DNA of 36,509 bases from positions 1 through 36,509 of the forward strand of contig JAYEMF010000103.1 in NCBI GenBank assembly GCA_034717975.1, read 5' to 3'. Position 1 is the first letter of the stretch; each line of letters starts with the position of its first letter. Shown one piece after another: positions 16,010 through 24,975 of the stretch. The DNA is from Campylobacterota bacterium (lineage in GTDB: Bacteria; Campylobacterota; Campylobacteria; Campylobacterales; Sulfurimonadaceae). Under the pieces are notes generated by a model that did not search any database, had not been told where the DNA came from, and saw nothing but the letters and a program-made list of their open reading frames with translations. The translations under genes were made by a program, and so were the position numbers.

Positions 16010-18389
16010 TAATTTAATGATCGTGGAATCGCCGACGAAAGCGAGCACGATCGCAGGATTTTTGCGTGACGCCCCAGGACGATGGCTGGTCAAGGCCACA
16101 AGGGGACATATTCAGAATCTTCCGAATGATCGGCACGGCATAGAGCATGCCAATGGCCAGTTTCGTGGAGAGTGGGTATACACAAAAGGAAAAAAAGAGT
16201 TAGCCAGAGAGCTTGTTGGTGATGCGAAAAATGCCCTTGAGGCCATTTATATAGCTACTGATGGTGATTACGAAGGGGAGCGGATTGCTTCAGACCTATT
16301 CAATGTGGCCGGAATCGGAAAGCTTGGAAAGCCGTGCTATCGCATTGTTTTTAGGCAGATAACAAAAGATCATATTCTTGAGGTGCTGCAAAACACGACC
16401 GAGGGCTTGATAGACGGAAACTCCGTTGATGCCCAAAAGGCCCGACGAATGATATATCGAGAAGTAGGATTTCCGATATCACAAATCCTACTCAAAGACT
16501 TTAAGCGCAATAGGGAAAAGGAGCTTCCTGAGGGAACCGGCAATGTTATAGCCCCTGCCTTGAGGCTGATCGTTGAAGCGGAACGAAAGATTGATGTTTA
16601 TGTTGAAATGGATTTCGAAAAAGTCTATGCCGATTACATATTTGACGGGGTGCATATTAGGCTTGTGATGCAGGCAAAATTTCAAAGCGAACACAGCGTT
16701 GAGCTTTCAGAGATTCTTCACACTGTGCGTAATTCACCGCACATAGTCAAGGAGTATGACGAGAAGGATAGTGAAAAGTCACCGCCAAAACCCTTGACGA
16801 CTTCGGGCCTGCAAAGGGGCGCTTGGTATCTTTTTGGCATTGAAGAAGAGGGGACGATGAGGTTGGCTCAGAAGCTCTTTGAAGGACTAGAGCTTTATGG
16901 CAAGCGGACAGGATTGATCACCTATATGCGTACCGATTCTCATCACATAGCAAAAGAAGCAAGTGAAGAAGCGATCCAGATTGTGGAGCAGCTGTTCGGC
17001 GAAGAATATACACTTTATGGCATAAGGGACTATTCTCAGGGGAAAAGTGAAGATGAGTCACAAGAAGAGCACCCTCATGAAGCCATTAGGCCGACACAGT
17101 TTTCGCAAGAGTATTGGCCGGATAACATCAAAGAGCAGCTATTGCAACATGAAGATGGGGAGAGTCTCTTAAAGATCTATCGTTTTATCTATAACTCTTT
17201 CTTGTGCGTTCAAATGCCAAACGCACAATATGACCGCTCTCGAATAGAGGTGTCTGCGGGAGGAAACCTTTTGCTTGGACAGGCAAATCAGCAACTATTT
17301 GATGGATGGGAAATCATAGGACACGAGATTAGAGCGAACTACAAGGATCAGCGAGGGCACGAAAAAGAAGTCATTTTGCCTCCCGTCGAAGAGGGTATAG
17401 AGGTTGGCTATATCGATGTTTCCACTATGTCACTATCCTCGCGTTCTCCTGAACGATACGGAAGAGGGCGCTTTATAACCACGCTGGAAAATAAAGGGAT
17501 CGGGAAGCCATCCACTTTGGCGACAGTCATAAAATCACTCATGAAGAAAAAATATATCAAAGAGCTCAATGACGGTAATAGTAAAAAGCATAAAACGCTG
17601 AAGCCAACAGATCTTGGAAGAAAAGTATATGCATGGCATGAGTTGCACGTGCCATGGCTTATTGATCTGGAGACAGCTAAAAAGCTTGAAGAGTTTCTTG
17701 TGAAAGTTGAGAAAGGGGAGATGCCCTACAATGAACTGATCGGCATATTTCATGAATCCGTAGAAGAGTTAAAGCGGTCTATGGGCTATGACCTGGATGG
17801 GCCAACAGAAGGGCAAATAAGCCTTGCAAAAAAGATCGCGAAACAAAAAGGGCAAATGCTTGACAATAATTTTTTAGCGTCGGCAAAGATAGTATCTCTG
17901 TATATCAAAGAAAATATTGATGCGCTGGAGACAATTTGTACGTGCAGTGTGTGTGGCAAAGGTGAGCTCTATGACGGGGAGGTAAAGCTTGCCTGCAATA
18001 ATCCTAAGTGCGACTTTGAAATTTGGAAAAACAGAATGGATGGTTTTTTTGAAGCCTTCAAGGTAGAAATGCAGCAGAAGGACTGTGGAGATGTTGTCAA
18101 AATAATCATGGAAAACGGCGATGTTTTGATTAATAATATGACAGGGAAAAAAGGCCATCCCTTTAGCGCTGAGGTTGATATAGCATACGACAAGAAGTAT
18201 AAAAACTACAGCCTCCATATTAAAAAGTTCGTCAAGGACGATATGTTCAAGAGTGTTGAAAGTTCTGCTCCGGAAGTGCCATTGCGGCGCGATACAATAG
18301 ACGCTCCTGTTGATGAAAACAAGATAATGGCTGAAGTGCCACGAGCGGTCGAGCCCACAAAGCAAGCCGGAGGCTTTGAGTGGAATTAA
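15993..18389 (+). CDS. Type IA DNA topoisomerase with C-terminal zinc ribbon and Topo III-like tail; several motifs divergent
   Basis: IVESPTKA, GHI, ATDGDYEGE, LITYMRTDS (catalytic Tyr), HEAIRPT, GIGKPST, CSVC..C....C. Confidence 0.92.
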   Translation: MSYQYDNLMIVESPTKASTIAGFLRDAPGRWLVKATRGHIQNLPNDRHGIEHANGQFRGEWVYTKGKKELARELVGDAKNALEAIYIATDGDYEGERIASDLFNVAGIGKLGKPCYRIVFRQITKDHILEVLQNTTEGLIDGNSVDAQKARRMIYREVGFPISQILLKDFKRNREKELPEGTGNVIAPALRLIVEAERKIDVYVEMDFEKVYADYIFDGVHIRLVMQAKFQSEHSVELSEILHTVRNSPHIVKEYDEKDSEKSPPKPLTTSGLQRGAWYLFGIEEEGTMRLAQKLFEGLELYGKRTGLITYMRTDSHHIAKEASEEAIQIVEQLFGEEYTLYGIRDYSQGKSEDESQEEHPHEAIRPTQFSQEYWPDNIKEQLLQHEDGESLLKIYRFIYNSFLCVQMPNAQYDRSRIEVSAGGNLLLGQANQQLFDGWEIIGHEIRANYKDQRGHEKEVILPPVEEGIEVGYIDVSTMSLSSRSPERYGRGRFITTLENKGIGKPSTLATVIKSLMKKKYIKELNDGNSKKHKTLKPTDLGRKVYAWHELHVPWLIDLETAKKLEEFLVKVEKGEMPYNELIGIFHESVEELKRSMGYDLDGPTEGQISLAKKIAKQKGQMLDNNFLASAKIVSLYIKENIDALETICTCSVCGKGELYDGEVKLACNNPKCDFEIWKNRMDGFFEAFKVEMQQKDCGDVVKIIMENGDVLINNMTGKKGHPFSAEVDIAYDKKYKNYSLHIKKFVKDDMFKSVESSAPEVPLRRDTIDAPVDENKIMAEVPRAVEPTKQAGGFEWN

Positions 18390-18405
18390 ACATTAAAGGA
18401 CGATA

Positions 18406-19950
18406 TTGACAGCAAAAAGTGATTTTTTTTCAGGAATGAAGGCGACATCAGCCACTGGTAGGACGATCAGTATAGAGGAGATGACCAGCGGGGAAAGTTT
18501 GCTGCTAGGCAAGCATTATGCTAATCCATCAAAAGAGCCTGTTTCTTACAACCCCGATTTGATGCCAAATAGCCATGTACTTCTTTTGGGTAAATCCCAG
18601 ACAGGCAAAACCACTACGCTAAAAAAATTTATCGAGTATATGGGGAAGCCTAGAGATATCCCCGGCTACAGTGAGCCAGTACAGAAAACCGGATTTGTCC
18701 TTGATTTTAGTGGGGACCTGGGTGTTCCAGGAGAAAACTCGATTCTTATAAAAGGCCGGAAGTCACAATATGGCCTCAATCTATTTGAATTGTTTTCAAA
18801 AGATTACAATTCAGGCGGAGTGAACGTCCAAAGGGCGAATATCATACGGATGATTGAGCGATACTTTCTTGGCGGGGGCATGGGATCTGTTCAGAGTTCC
18901 GTGATGGAACAATTGATATCCGACACATATGCACTCAAAGGCATCTTTGATGATAAGGAAGAGACTTGGGATAATGAGTTGCCTGTTGCTGAGGATATGC
19001 TTGAGCTTCTTATATTGATAGTCGATTCGGCTGAAACGGCCTTGTCGGTCAATATGCTAAAAAAGATCAAAGCTGATGGAAAAAGGATAAGAAAACTGGA
19101 TGGACACATAGATGTTGCAAAAGATAAAATAGATCTGCTTGAGAAAAAAGGGGAAGGGGACAAGGTAGCTCAGGGGAAAATTGGGAAAATTGCCGACCAG
19201 CTCAGTAAGCTTGAAGATGATCGCAACAGTTTGTATAACGGGCTAAAAACTCTAATGAGCGACTTCCTAGACCACAAAATTTATGGCGAAGAAGCCGGGG
19301 GAGAAATTATTATTGAGGACGATAAGCCATTGAATGTGGATATCGGGTTTTACAGTGAGCGCAATGCCTTGAATGCTCTCAAGTCTTTGAGGCCACATTT
19401 GCAAAAGATCGTTGAATCTGGTGCTTTTAGTGGACAGCTGCCCCCAATCAAACGAGGGGTTAACCGGATCGATCTCTCATTGTTGTCATTGCCACTTCAA
19501 AAACTCTTCACAGATCTGTTTGCACAAAAGGCTTTTACCAGCGTGCGCAGCAGAGGTGTGTATCGCGAGTGGCCTAACAGGGTTGATTCATTCCGTATTG
19601 ATGTGTTTTTCGTGATAGATGAAGCCAAGCTCATAATTCCTGAAGGAAGGGCTGCCAAAGAGAGCAAAGAAGAGCCAATAAATCGGATCGTTGCGGAGTC
19701 GTTAAAGTTCGGAATGTGCATCCTGATGGCCTCTCAGAAAATAAGCCATTTTTCGTCTGAAATGCTTACAAATGCGAGTTTCAAGCTGATTCTTCAGCTT
19801 GGTCCAAACGACATGCAGGCGGCAAAAACGATGCTTGGATTAAAAGAGGGCGACATGAGAGTATTGCAACATTTTGGTGTTGGACTTGTCTTAGATGGCA
19901 CAAAGAAACCAGTACCGACCGTCTTTCCTTGGGCAAACATTCCAAATTAG
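18406..19950 (+). CDS. FtsK/HerA-superfamily (HerA/VirB4-like) soluble ATPase with a coiled-coil insertion
   Basis: NSHVLLLGKSQTGKT (Walker A), FVLDFSGD, FFVIDEA (Walker B), KFG..ILMASQ; no TM segment. Confidence 0.85.
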   Translation: MTAKSDFFSGMKATSATGRTISIEEMTSGESLLLGKHYANPSKEPVSYNPDLMPNSHVLLLGKSQTGKTTTLKKFIEYMGKPRDIPGYSEPVQKTGFVLDFSGDLGVPGENSILIKGRKSQYGLNLFELFSKDYNSGGVNVQRANIIRMIERYFLGGGMGSVQSSVMEQLISDTYALKGIFDDKEETWDNELPVAEDMLELLILIVDSAETALSVNMLKKIKADGKRIRKLDGHIDVAKDKIDLLEKKGEGDKVAQGKIGKIADQLSKLEDDRNSLYNGLKTLMSDFLDHKIYGEEAGGEIIIEDDKPLNVDIGFYSERNALNALKSLRPHLQKIVESGAFSGQLPPIKRGVNRIDLSLLSLPLQKLFTDLFAQKAFTSVRSRGVYREWPNRVDSFRIDVFFVIDEAKLIIPEGRAAKESKEEPINRIVAESLKFGMCILMASQKISHFSSEMLTNASFKLILQLGPNDMQAAKTMLGLKEGDMRVLQHFGVGLVLDGTKKPVPTVFPWANIPN

Positions 19951-20042
19951 CCATCAATCCTTTCTGGATTGCGGCCATCTTGTCACCAAAAAATAGAAAT
20001 TCCGCACAAATTGACTAAAATCCCACCTTTTTTTAATTTTTC

Positions 20043-20072
20043 TACGCAAAACGCGAAAAACGCCTTATTAGT
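20043..20072 (+). promoter_or_regulatory. Conserved promoter-like motif, copy upstream of traA
   Basis: TACGCAAAACGCGAAAAACGCCTTATTAGT; 29/30 identical to 6021-6050; ends 46 nt before the ATG. Confidence 0.85.
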
Positions 20073-20118
20073 CTATATGAAAGGGGCAAAAACCTTACCT
20101 TTCAAATTAGGATAAAAA

Positions 20119-20400
20119 ATGAAAAAATACTTTGGTATTGCACTGTTTGCAATGTTTATGGGCGCCTCTCTTTGGGCTGGTACAAATGACAACCTCGGAC
20201 TCTCTAGTATGTGGACCGTCATTCAGGGATGGGTGCAGGATGGCTATCTTTCTAAAATCCTCGGCCTTATGTTCTTCGCAGTCGGTGTCCAGCGTGCATT
20301 CGATGGACAGCTATTACAGTTCTTCTTGATGCTTGGCCTATCTCTGCTGATCGTTAATGCTGACACTATCATGGCTACAATCTTCTCAGCGACTATCTAA
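20119..20400 (+). CDS. traA: Conjugative pilin precursor TraA
   Basis: 93 aa; leader peptide plus two hydrophobic helices (W.Q.GYLSKIL); position ahead of traLEKB. Confidence 0.82.
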   Translation: MKKYFGIALFAMFMGASLWAGTNDNLGLSSMWTVIQGWVQDGYLSKILGLMFFAVGVQRAFDGQLLQFFLMLGLSLLIVNADTIMATIFSATI

Positions 20401-20416
20401 AAGCAGTCCAATCTTC

Positions 20417-20485
20417 AAGGGCGGGATTCTTTGCCCCCGCCGCCCTTTCTCATCTCAGCGCTTTTTGGAGCTTTGAGATGAGAAA
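20417..20485 (+). terminator. Two adjoining stem-loops between traA and traL (terminator, attenuator or stabiliser)
   Basis: AAGGGCGG 20417-20424 pairs with CCGCCCTT 20440-20447. TTTCTCATCTCA 20446-20457 pairs with TGAGATGAGAAA 20474-20485 (12 bp perfect). Confidence 0.65.
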
Positions 20486-20509
20486 TCAATCAGAAAAGGA
20501 AACAGGACC

Positions 20510-20812
20510 ATGGAAGATCACCAAGAAAAATATATCTTCATTAATAAATATATCGAATCGCTGCCATTTTTTATCTATTGGGAGATGGATGTAATCATTG
20601 TCTGGGCGTGTATCTTCGGAGTAGGTTTTATGTTTACAACCGGACTTAAAATGTTCATCCTCGCTCTTTTGGCTTTTTATATTGCCAGTGTATATGCAAA
20701 ACAGAAAAGAACTCGACAGAAGGGGTTTTTTGCTCACCTGTTTTACTCTTTTGGTCTCAGGGGAACAAAAAAGCTCGTCCCATCGCATATGCGAATCTTT
20801 CACGGAGGTTGA
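20510..20812 (+). CDS. traL: TraL
   Basis: 100 aa; INKYIE..P.FIYWEMD, GFFAHLFYSFG, VPSHMRIF.G. Confidence 0.9.
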   Translation: MEDHQEKYIFINKYIESLPFFIYWEMDVIIVWACIFGVGFMFTTGLKMFILALLAFYIASVYAKQKRTRQKGFFAHLFYSFGLRGTKKLVPSHMRIFHGG

Positions 20813-20815
20813 GTT

Positions 20816-21385
20816 ATGTTTGAAAGATTTAACAAGTACAAAATCGATAAATATATCTTAGAGAACTGGACTTCCAGGATCGTGATCTTATTGTTGGTGC
20901 TTATCGTCATGTGGCAGCAGATGATAATAGTTAATCGGATTAGTGGCCAGCGCACGGTGTTTATGCCGCCGGTTGTGGTCAATAAGCAGTTTTGGGTGGC
21001 AGGAAATACCGTGTCCACATCTTATCTTGAAATGATGTCACAGTTTATTATTTTCAACCTTTTTGACGTCACTCCTCACAATGCGATCGCAAACGGTCAA
21101 AATGTCTTGGCATTGGTTGAGCCGGAGTTTTTTGCAGAAGTGGAAGAGATGCTGAGTCGGCAGATGAGCTACCTTGTCGATAATCAAATTTCCCGTACAT
21201 TTTATTTTTCAAAAATAGATGCAAAAACCCCAGGGAGAATGGTGATTACAGGCATCTTGAAGGACTTAGTGTCTGATAAAGTAATTGATAGACGGGACGT
21301 AAATATAGAAATCAACTATGCAATCAATCAGGGACGTTTTTGGATGAACGGACTGAAGGTAATCAAGTTAAAAGGAGGAAAATAA
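20816..21385 (+). CDS. traE: TraE
   Basis: One TM, RTVFMPP, FWVAGN.VS.SYLEMM, DVTP.N. Confidence 0.92.
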   Translation: MFERFNKYKIDKYILENWTSRIVILLLVLIVMWQQMIIVNRISGQRTVFMPPVVVNKQFWVAGNTVSTSYLEMMSQFIIFNLFDVTPHNAIANGQNVLALVEPEFFAEVEEMLSRQMSYLVDNQISRTFYFSKIDAKTPGRMVITGILKDLVSDKVIDRRDVNIEINYAINQGRFWMNGLKVIKLKGGK

Positions 21386-21388
21386 TCT

Positions 21389-22171
21389 ATGCGCAAAATA
21401 GTAGCCATGCTCGGATCACTCATTGTCGGTGCCTCGACTCTCTTGGCGGATGTTGTCATTAATGATCCCGGAGAAAGTATTAAAATTAATGTTTCTCGAA
21501 GCAGTATGAACCGTGTTGTTTTTCCTTCAAAAATTCTTTCCAAACAGTATTCCAAAGAGAAAGGCCTGATGGTTAAAACTTACGACAATGAGGCGTTTTT
21601 AAAATATGCCCCAATGGTTGAGCAGACCTCAACAACCGTTGGAGGCAAGACAACCACTATGCCAACATCTGATGATGTAGTTTATTATAAAGCAAAAAGA
21701 GCGGAAGTCTTTTTTGTAACCGAAAGCGGTACCTACGCCATCATTTTTGTTCCAAAGAAAATGTCACCTCAAACTATCCGAATCAACGACACGTTAGTTA
21801 AGAAAAAAGCGATAATCAAATACGAAACAAGGGATCCATACAAAGCCTCTTTGAAGAAAATTGCACAAGAGACTCTCGCAGGCAATGTTCCTTACGGATA
21901 TGAAGAGCAAAAAAGTACAGAGCGTTATAGCAGCGGCAGTCTTGAGGTTTTTAAAAAGCGTGCCTTAAGCGGAACGCTATATCGAGCGCAACATTACAGA
22001 CTGTTCAATGCGAGCGACAAGCCGGTTAGCCTTGATGAGCGCAACTATATTGCTCTGTCAAAAGGTGAACCTTTGTTTCTGGCGGTGTTTTACGACAAAC
22101 AACTTAAGATGCTAAGCCCACTGGATAGCGCAGAGCTTGTTATAGTCGAGCGGGGTGGGCAAAATGATTGA
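21389..22171 (+). CDS. traK: TraK
   Basis: Signal peptide, VSRSSMNRV, FFVTESG.Y...VPK, LSPLDSAELVIV; position between traE and traB. Confidence 0.85.
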   Translation: MRKIVAMLGSLIVGASTLLADVVINDPGESIKINVSRSSMNRVVFPSKILSKQYSKEKGLMVKTYDNEAFLKYAPMVEQTSTTVGGKTTTMPTSDDVVYYKAKRAEVFFVTESGTYAIIFVPKKMSPQTIRINDTLVKKKAIIKYETRDPYKASLKKIAQETLAGNVPYGYEEQKSTERYSSGSLEVFKKRALSGTLYRAQHYRLFNASDKPVSLDERNYIALSKGEPLFLAVFYDKQLKMLSPLDSAELVIVERGGQND

Positions 22172-23570
22172 TAAATTCAAAGCAATGTTTGATAAAAACC
22201 CTACTGAGGCAAAAAGTAGCCAGAACACAACAAAGATGTTCGTCTTTATGGCTGTGGCCGCCATCTTTATGTTGGGGATCATGCTGACTGAGGGCAAAAA
22301 CGATACGCAAAAGCAAGTTGGCGAGTTTGCGATCGTTGAGGAACAAGATGCCGTCAAGACAGCCTTTATGGGCGAAGTCAAAAAAGAAGTATTCGGTGCC
22401 AGAAAAGATGCTCAATCAGTTCAGCAGCTATCGAAGAGCTTAAAAAATGATATGCAGGAGATCCGGAGTTTTAAGACAGAGGTAAGAGAATTCAGGGCGT
22501 TTATGAAAGATATTAAAAGCGGAGGCGGATATAAGCCGAAGAACCCAGGCGAAAACTACATGGCCGGCTCGCCTAATTTCCCTCCCATGCCTCGCACGGC
22601 TACTGGCAAGACTAATGCGACAGATATGCAACAGCCTGCAACGGTGTTTGACGTAATGGGCAAAAATGGCAACAACGGCGGTATCCCGCAACTCCCAAGA
22701 GAAAAAGTAAAGAAGTATGTCCCGATGAACGACTTTTTTGGCTCGGATATTGATATTAAAGATGAACAGTCGGCTACTCCTGCCGGACTTGATAGGACAC
22801 CTGCTGAGAATATTTTGCCAAGCGGTTCTATTTTGCACGTTTCTTTGTTGTCGGGAATCGATGCCCCTACATTGTCGAAAGCAAAGAAACAGGCAGTTCC
22901 TCTGCTGATGAAGGTCACTGATCTTGGGGTTCTCCCTAATAATTTTCGTTATGACGTAGAGAGCTGCTTTATACTTGGTGAAGGGTACGGCGACTTGAGC
23001 GCCGAACGTGTTTATATTCGAACCACAACATTGAGCTGTGTTACGCACGATGGTCTGCATATTGACGGGGAACTGACAGGTTTTGTAGCCGGAGCAGACG
23101 CAAAAAACGGGATTCGCGGGCGCGTTGTTTCAAAACAAGGCGCATTATTGGCGAGAACCGCCGTGGCTGGCTTTATGAAGGGTGCCGCTGAAGGTTTTAA
23201 CATGCAGAACCAGGTTGTTACTTCTTCTGCGCTTGGAACAACAACAGGCCCATCAAACCTCTCTACTACCGATATCGCCCAAATGGGATTTTTTAATGGA
23301 GCTTCGGAGGCGGCAGAGCGTCTTTCAGACTTTTATATGGATATCGCCGATGAGCTGACGCCCGTCATTGAGATTTCGGCAAATATTGAAGCCGATGTTA
23401 TTGTTACTGAGTTTAAGGTCATGGATACGCTTGAGAGCGGGATGCGAGACGGCAAACGATTTGATGACGAGAAGAAGAAGGTGCGTGAGAGAAAGGTGAG
23501 AAATCGGACAAACGTAGAGAAAGCGGTAGATAGAAAACGACTTGATAAAACAAAGAAGGCATTACAATAA
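22164..23570 (+). CDS. traB: TraB (VirB10-like)
   Basis: LPSGS..LLSGIDAP, CFILG.GYGDLSAERVYIR..LSCV, DAKNGIRGRVVSKQG, PVIEI; ATG 22164 overlaps the traK end. Confidence 0.93.
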   Translation: MIDKFKAMFDKNPTEAKSSQNTTKMFVFMAVAAIFMLGIMLTEGKNDTQKQVGEFAIVEEQDAVKTAFMGEVKKEVFGARKDAQSVQQLSKSLKNDMQEIRSFKTEVREFRAFMKDIKSGGGYKPKNPGENYMAGSPNFPPMPRTATGKTNATDMQQPATVFDVMGKNGNNGGIPQLPREKVKKYVPMNDFFGSDIDIKDEQSATPAGLDRTPAENILPSGSILHVSLLSGIDAPTLSKAKKQAVPLLMKVTDLGVLPNNFRYDVESCFILGEGYGDLSAERVYIRTTTLSCVTHDGLHIDGELTGFVAGADAKNGIRGRVVSKQGALLARTAVAGFMKGAAEGFNMQNQVVTSSALGTTTGPSNLSTTDIAQMGFFNGASEAAERLSDFYMDIADELTPVIEISANIEADVIVTEFKVMDTLESGMRDGKRFDDEKKKVRERKVRNRTNVEKAVDRKRLDKTKKALQ

Positions 23571-24304
23571 TGAAAAGAATAGCAATCTCCCTGACGCTTA
23601 CGGCGACAGCACTCTTCGCAAATGTGACTGAGCATGAAAAGGCCCTGGTGCAAAACATCCTCAAATCTACGACTATTGAGAAGGTGAGAAAGTCCCCGAT
23701 CTCCGGCTTTTATGAAACCTATCTCCCGAACGGTCAGCTGCTCTATGTTAATCCGTTTACCGAGTTGATCTTTTTCGGGGAAATCTATACAGCCGGGGGT
23801 AAAAACCTAACGACCAGTCCGCGTTCATCATGGAAGGGTGAGCTTACAAAAAAGAAACTTGAAGACGTCTCTCTTAACGCAGTGAAAGAGGTATCTCTTT
23901 CTGTTGGATTTAATGGCGGAAACGAGGACTATACAATCGTAATGTTTACTGATCCTCAATGCCCTTACTGTATTAAAGCAGAGAAGTTTTTGAGAACGAA
24001 AAAAGCCAGTATCGAGTATGTCTATTTTGTCGCAATGAAAAACCACAGAATGGCTCCTAAGATGATTGAAACAATCCTCTCTTCGAAAGAACCAAGACTG
24101 GCGATTGAGAGCTATGTGGATGGCAAAACAATCAAAGATATTAGTTCGCCCGAAGCGAAAGAGCAAGCAAAGAGGATGGAAGCGTTTGCAATATCAAACC
24201 GCATCAAAGGAACACCTAATTTTATGGTTTTTGATAAAAGCGGGAAAGCTGTAGAGTTTATAGAAGGAGCCAATCTTGAAAAACTTTCTAATTACGTTAA
24301 GTAG
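23570..24304 (+). CDS. dsbC: DsbC-family thiol:disulfide isomerase
   Basis: Signal peptide, SPISGFYE dimerisation domain, FTDPQCPYC, GTP. Confidence 0.9.
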   Translation: MKRIAISLTLTATALFANVTEHEKALVQNILKSTTIEKVRKSPISGFYETYLPNGQLLYVNPFTELIFFGEIYTAGGKNLTTSPRSSWKGELTKKKLEDVSLNAVKEVSLSVGFNGGNEDYTIVMFTDPQCPYCIKAEKFLRTKKASIEYVYFVAMKNHRMAPKMIETILSSKEPRLAIESYVDGKTIKDISSPEAKEQAKRMEAFAISNRIKGTPNFMVFDKSGKAVEFIEGANLEKLSNYVK

Positions 24305-24557
24305 TGCCGCAGCACTTTTATTGTTTGGCGGCTGTGCAATGATGCCCTATGAAGAGAACTTCTCCTGCAATAGCCATATTGGCCTCGGGACTTGCACCTC
24401 GGTAAGTGAAAACTACTATATTTCAAAGAAATTGCACTCCAGGAGCGTTTATGAGAAACATATGGAGCGATTTGGAGAACCACTATACGGAGCAGAAGGT
24501 GAAGACGAAAGAGCTGTTGTCATACTGAGGGATGGCACCGAATTGACGAAGAACTAA
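24276..24557 (+). CDS. traV: Lipoprotein corresponding to the N-terminal half of TraV
   Basis: Lipobox LFGGC followed by PYEENFSC......CTSVSENY. Confidence 0.72.
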   Translation: MKNFLITLSSAAALLLFGGCAMMPYEENFSCNSHIGLGTCTSVSENYYISKKLHSRSVYEKHMERFGEPLYGAEGEDERAVVILRDGTELTKN

Positions 24558-24564
24558 GGGGTAC

Positions 24565-24975
24565 ATGATGAAAAAAAGCCATTTCACTGCGGGGCTATTA
24601 GCGCTATTGTTGTTGAGCGGGTGTTCTTCACACGAAGCGCCAAAGCCGATAGAAAAAAAGCTTGATGCGACAAGCTCTAAAGCTGAACTCGAAGCATTCC
24701 TGAACAAATATGATCAAGAGAATATCAAGGCAGAAAAAAAAGCGGCGCTAACGCAAGACTCTGATCGACGAGAGATTGCCCAGGGATTGCCACCACGCAC
24801 TCCTGACTTGTTCGCAAGCGGTCTTTTTATGCCTTATGACGATGACCACGGCATCTACCATAACTATGACCACATATTTTTCAAAATTAAAGACGGAAAA
24901 TGGGATCTTGATTCCAGTGCGGAGAATCAGCACAGAGGAGGGTTTGTGTTCACTAAAGAGGAAGGATATAAATAA
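24565..24975 (+). CDS. traV: Lipoprotein carrying the C-terminal TraV motif
   Basis: Lipobox LLSGC; PPRTPD....LFMPYDDDHGIYH....FFKIKDGKW. Confidence 0.7.
   Translation: MMKKSHFTAGLLALLLLSGCSSHEAPKPIEKKLDATSSKAELEAFLNKYDQENIKAEKKAALTQDSDRREIAQGLPPRTPDLFASGLFMPYDDDHGIYHNYDHIFFKIKDGKWDLDSSAENQHRGGFVFTKEEGYK

Noticed and set aside
18406..19950. TraD/VirD4 coupling protein
   Set aside because: No N-terminal TM segments, and the motif layout is closer to HerA-like ATPases.
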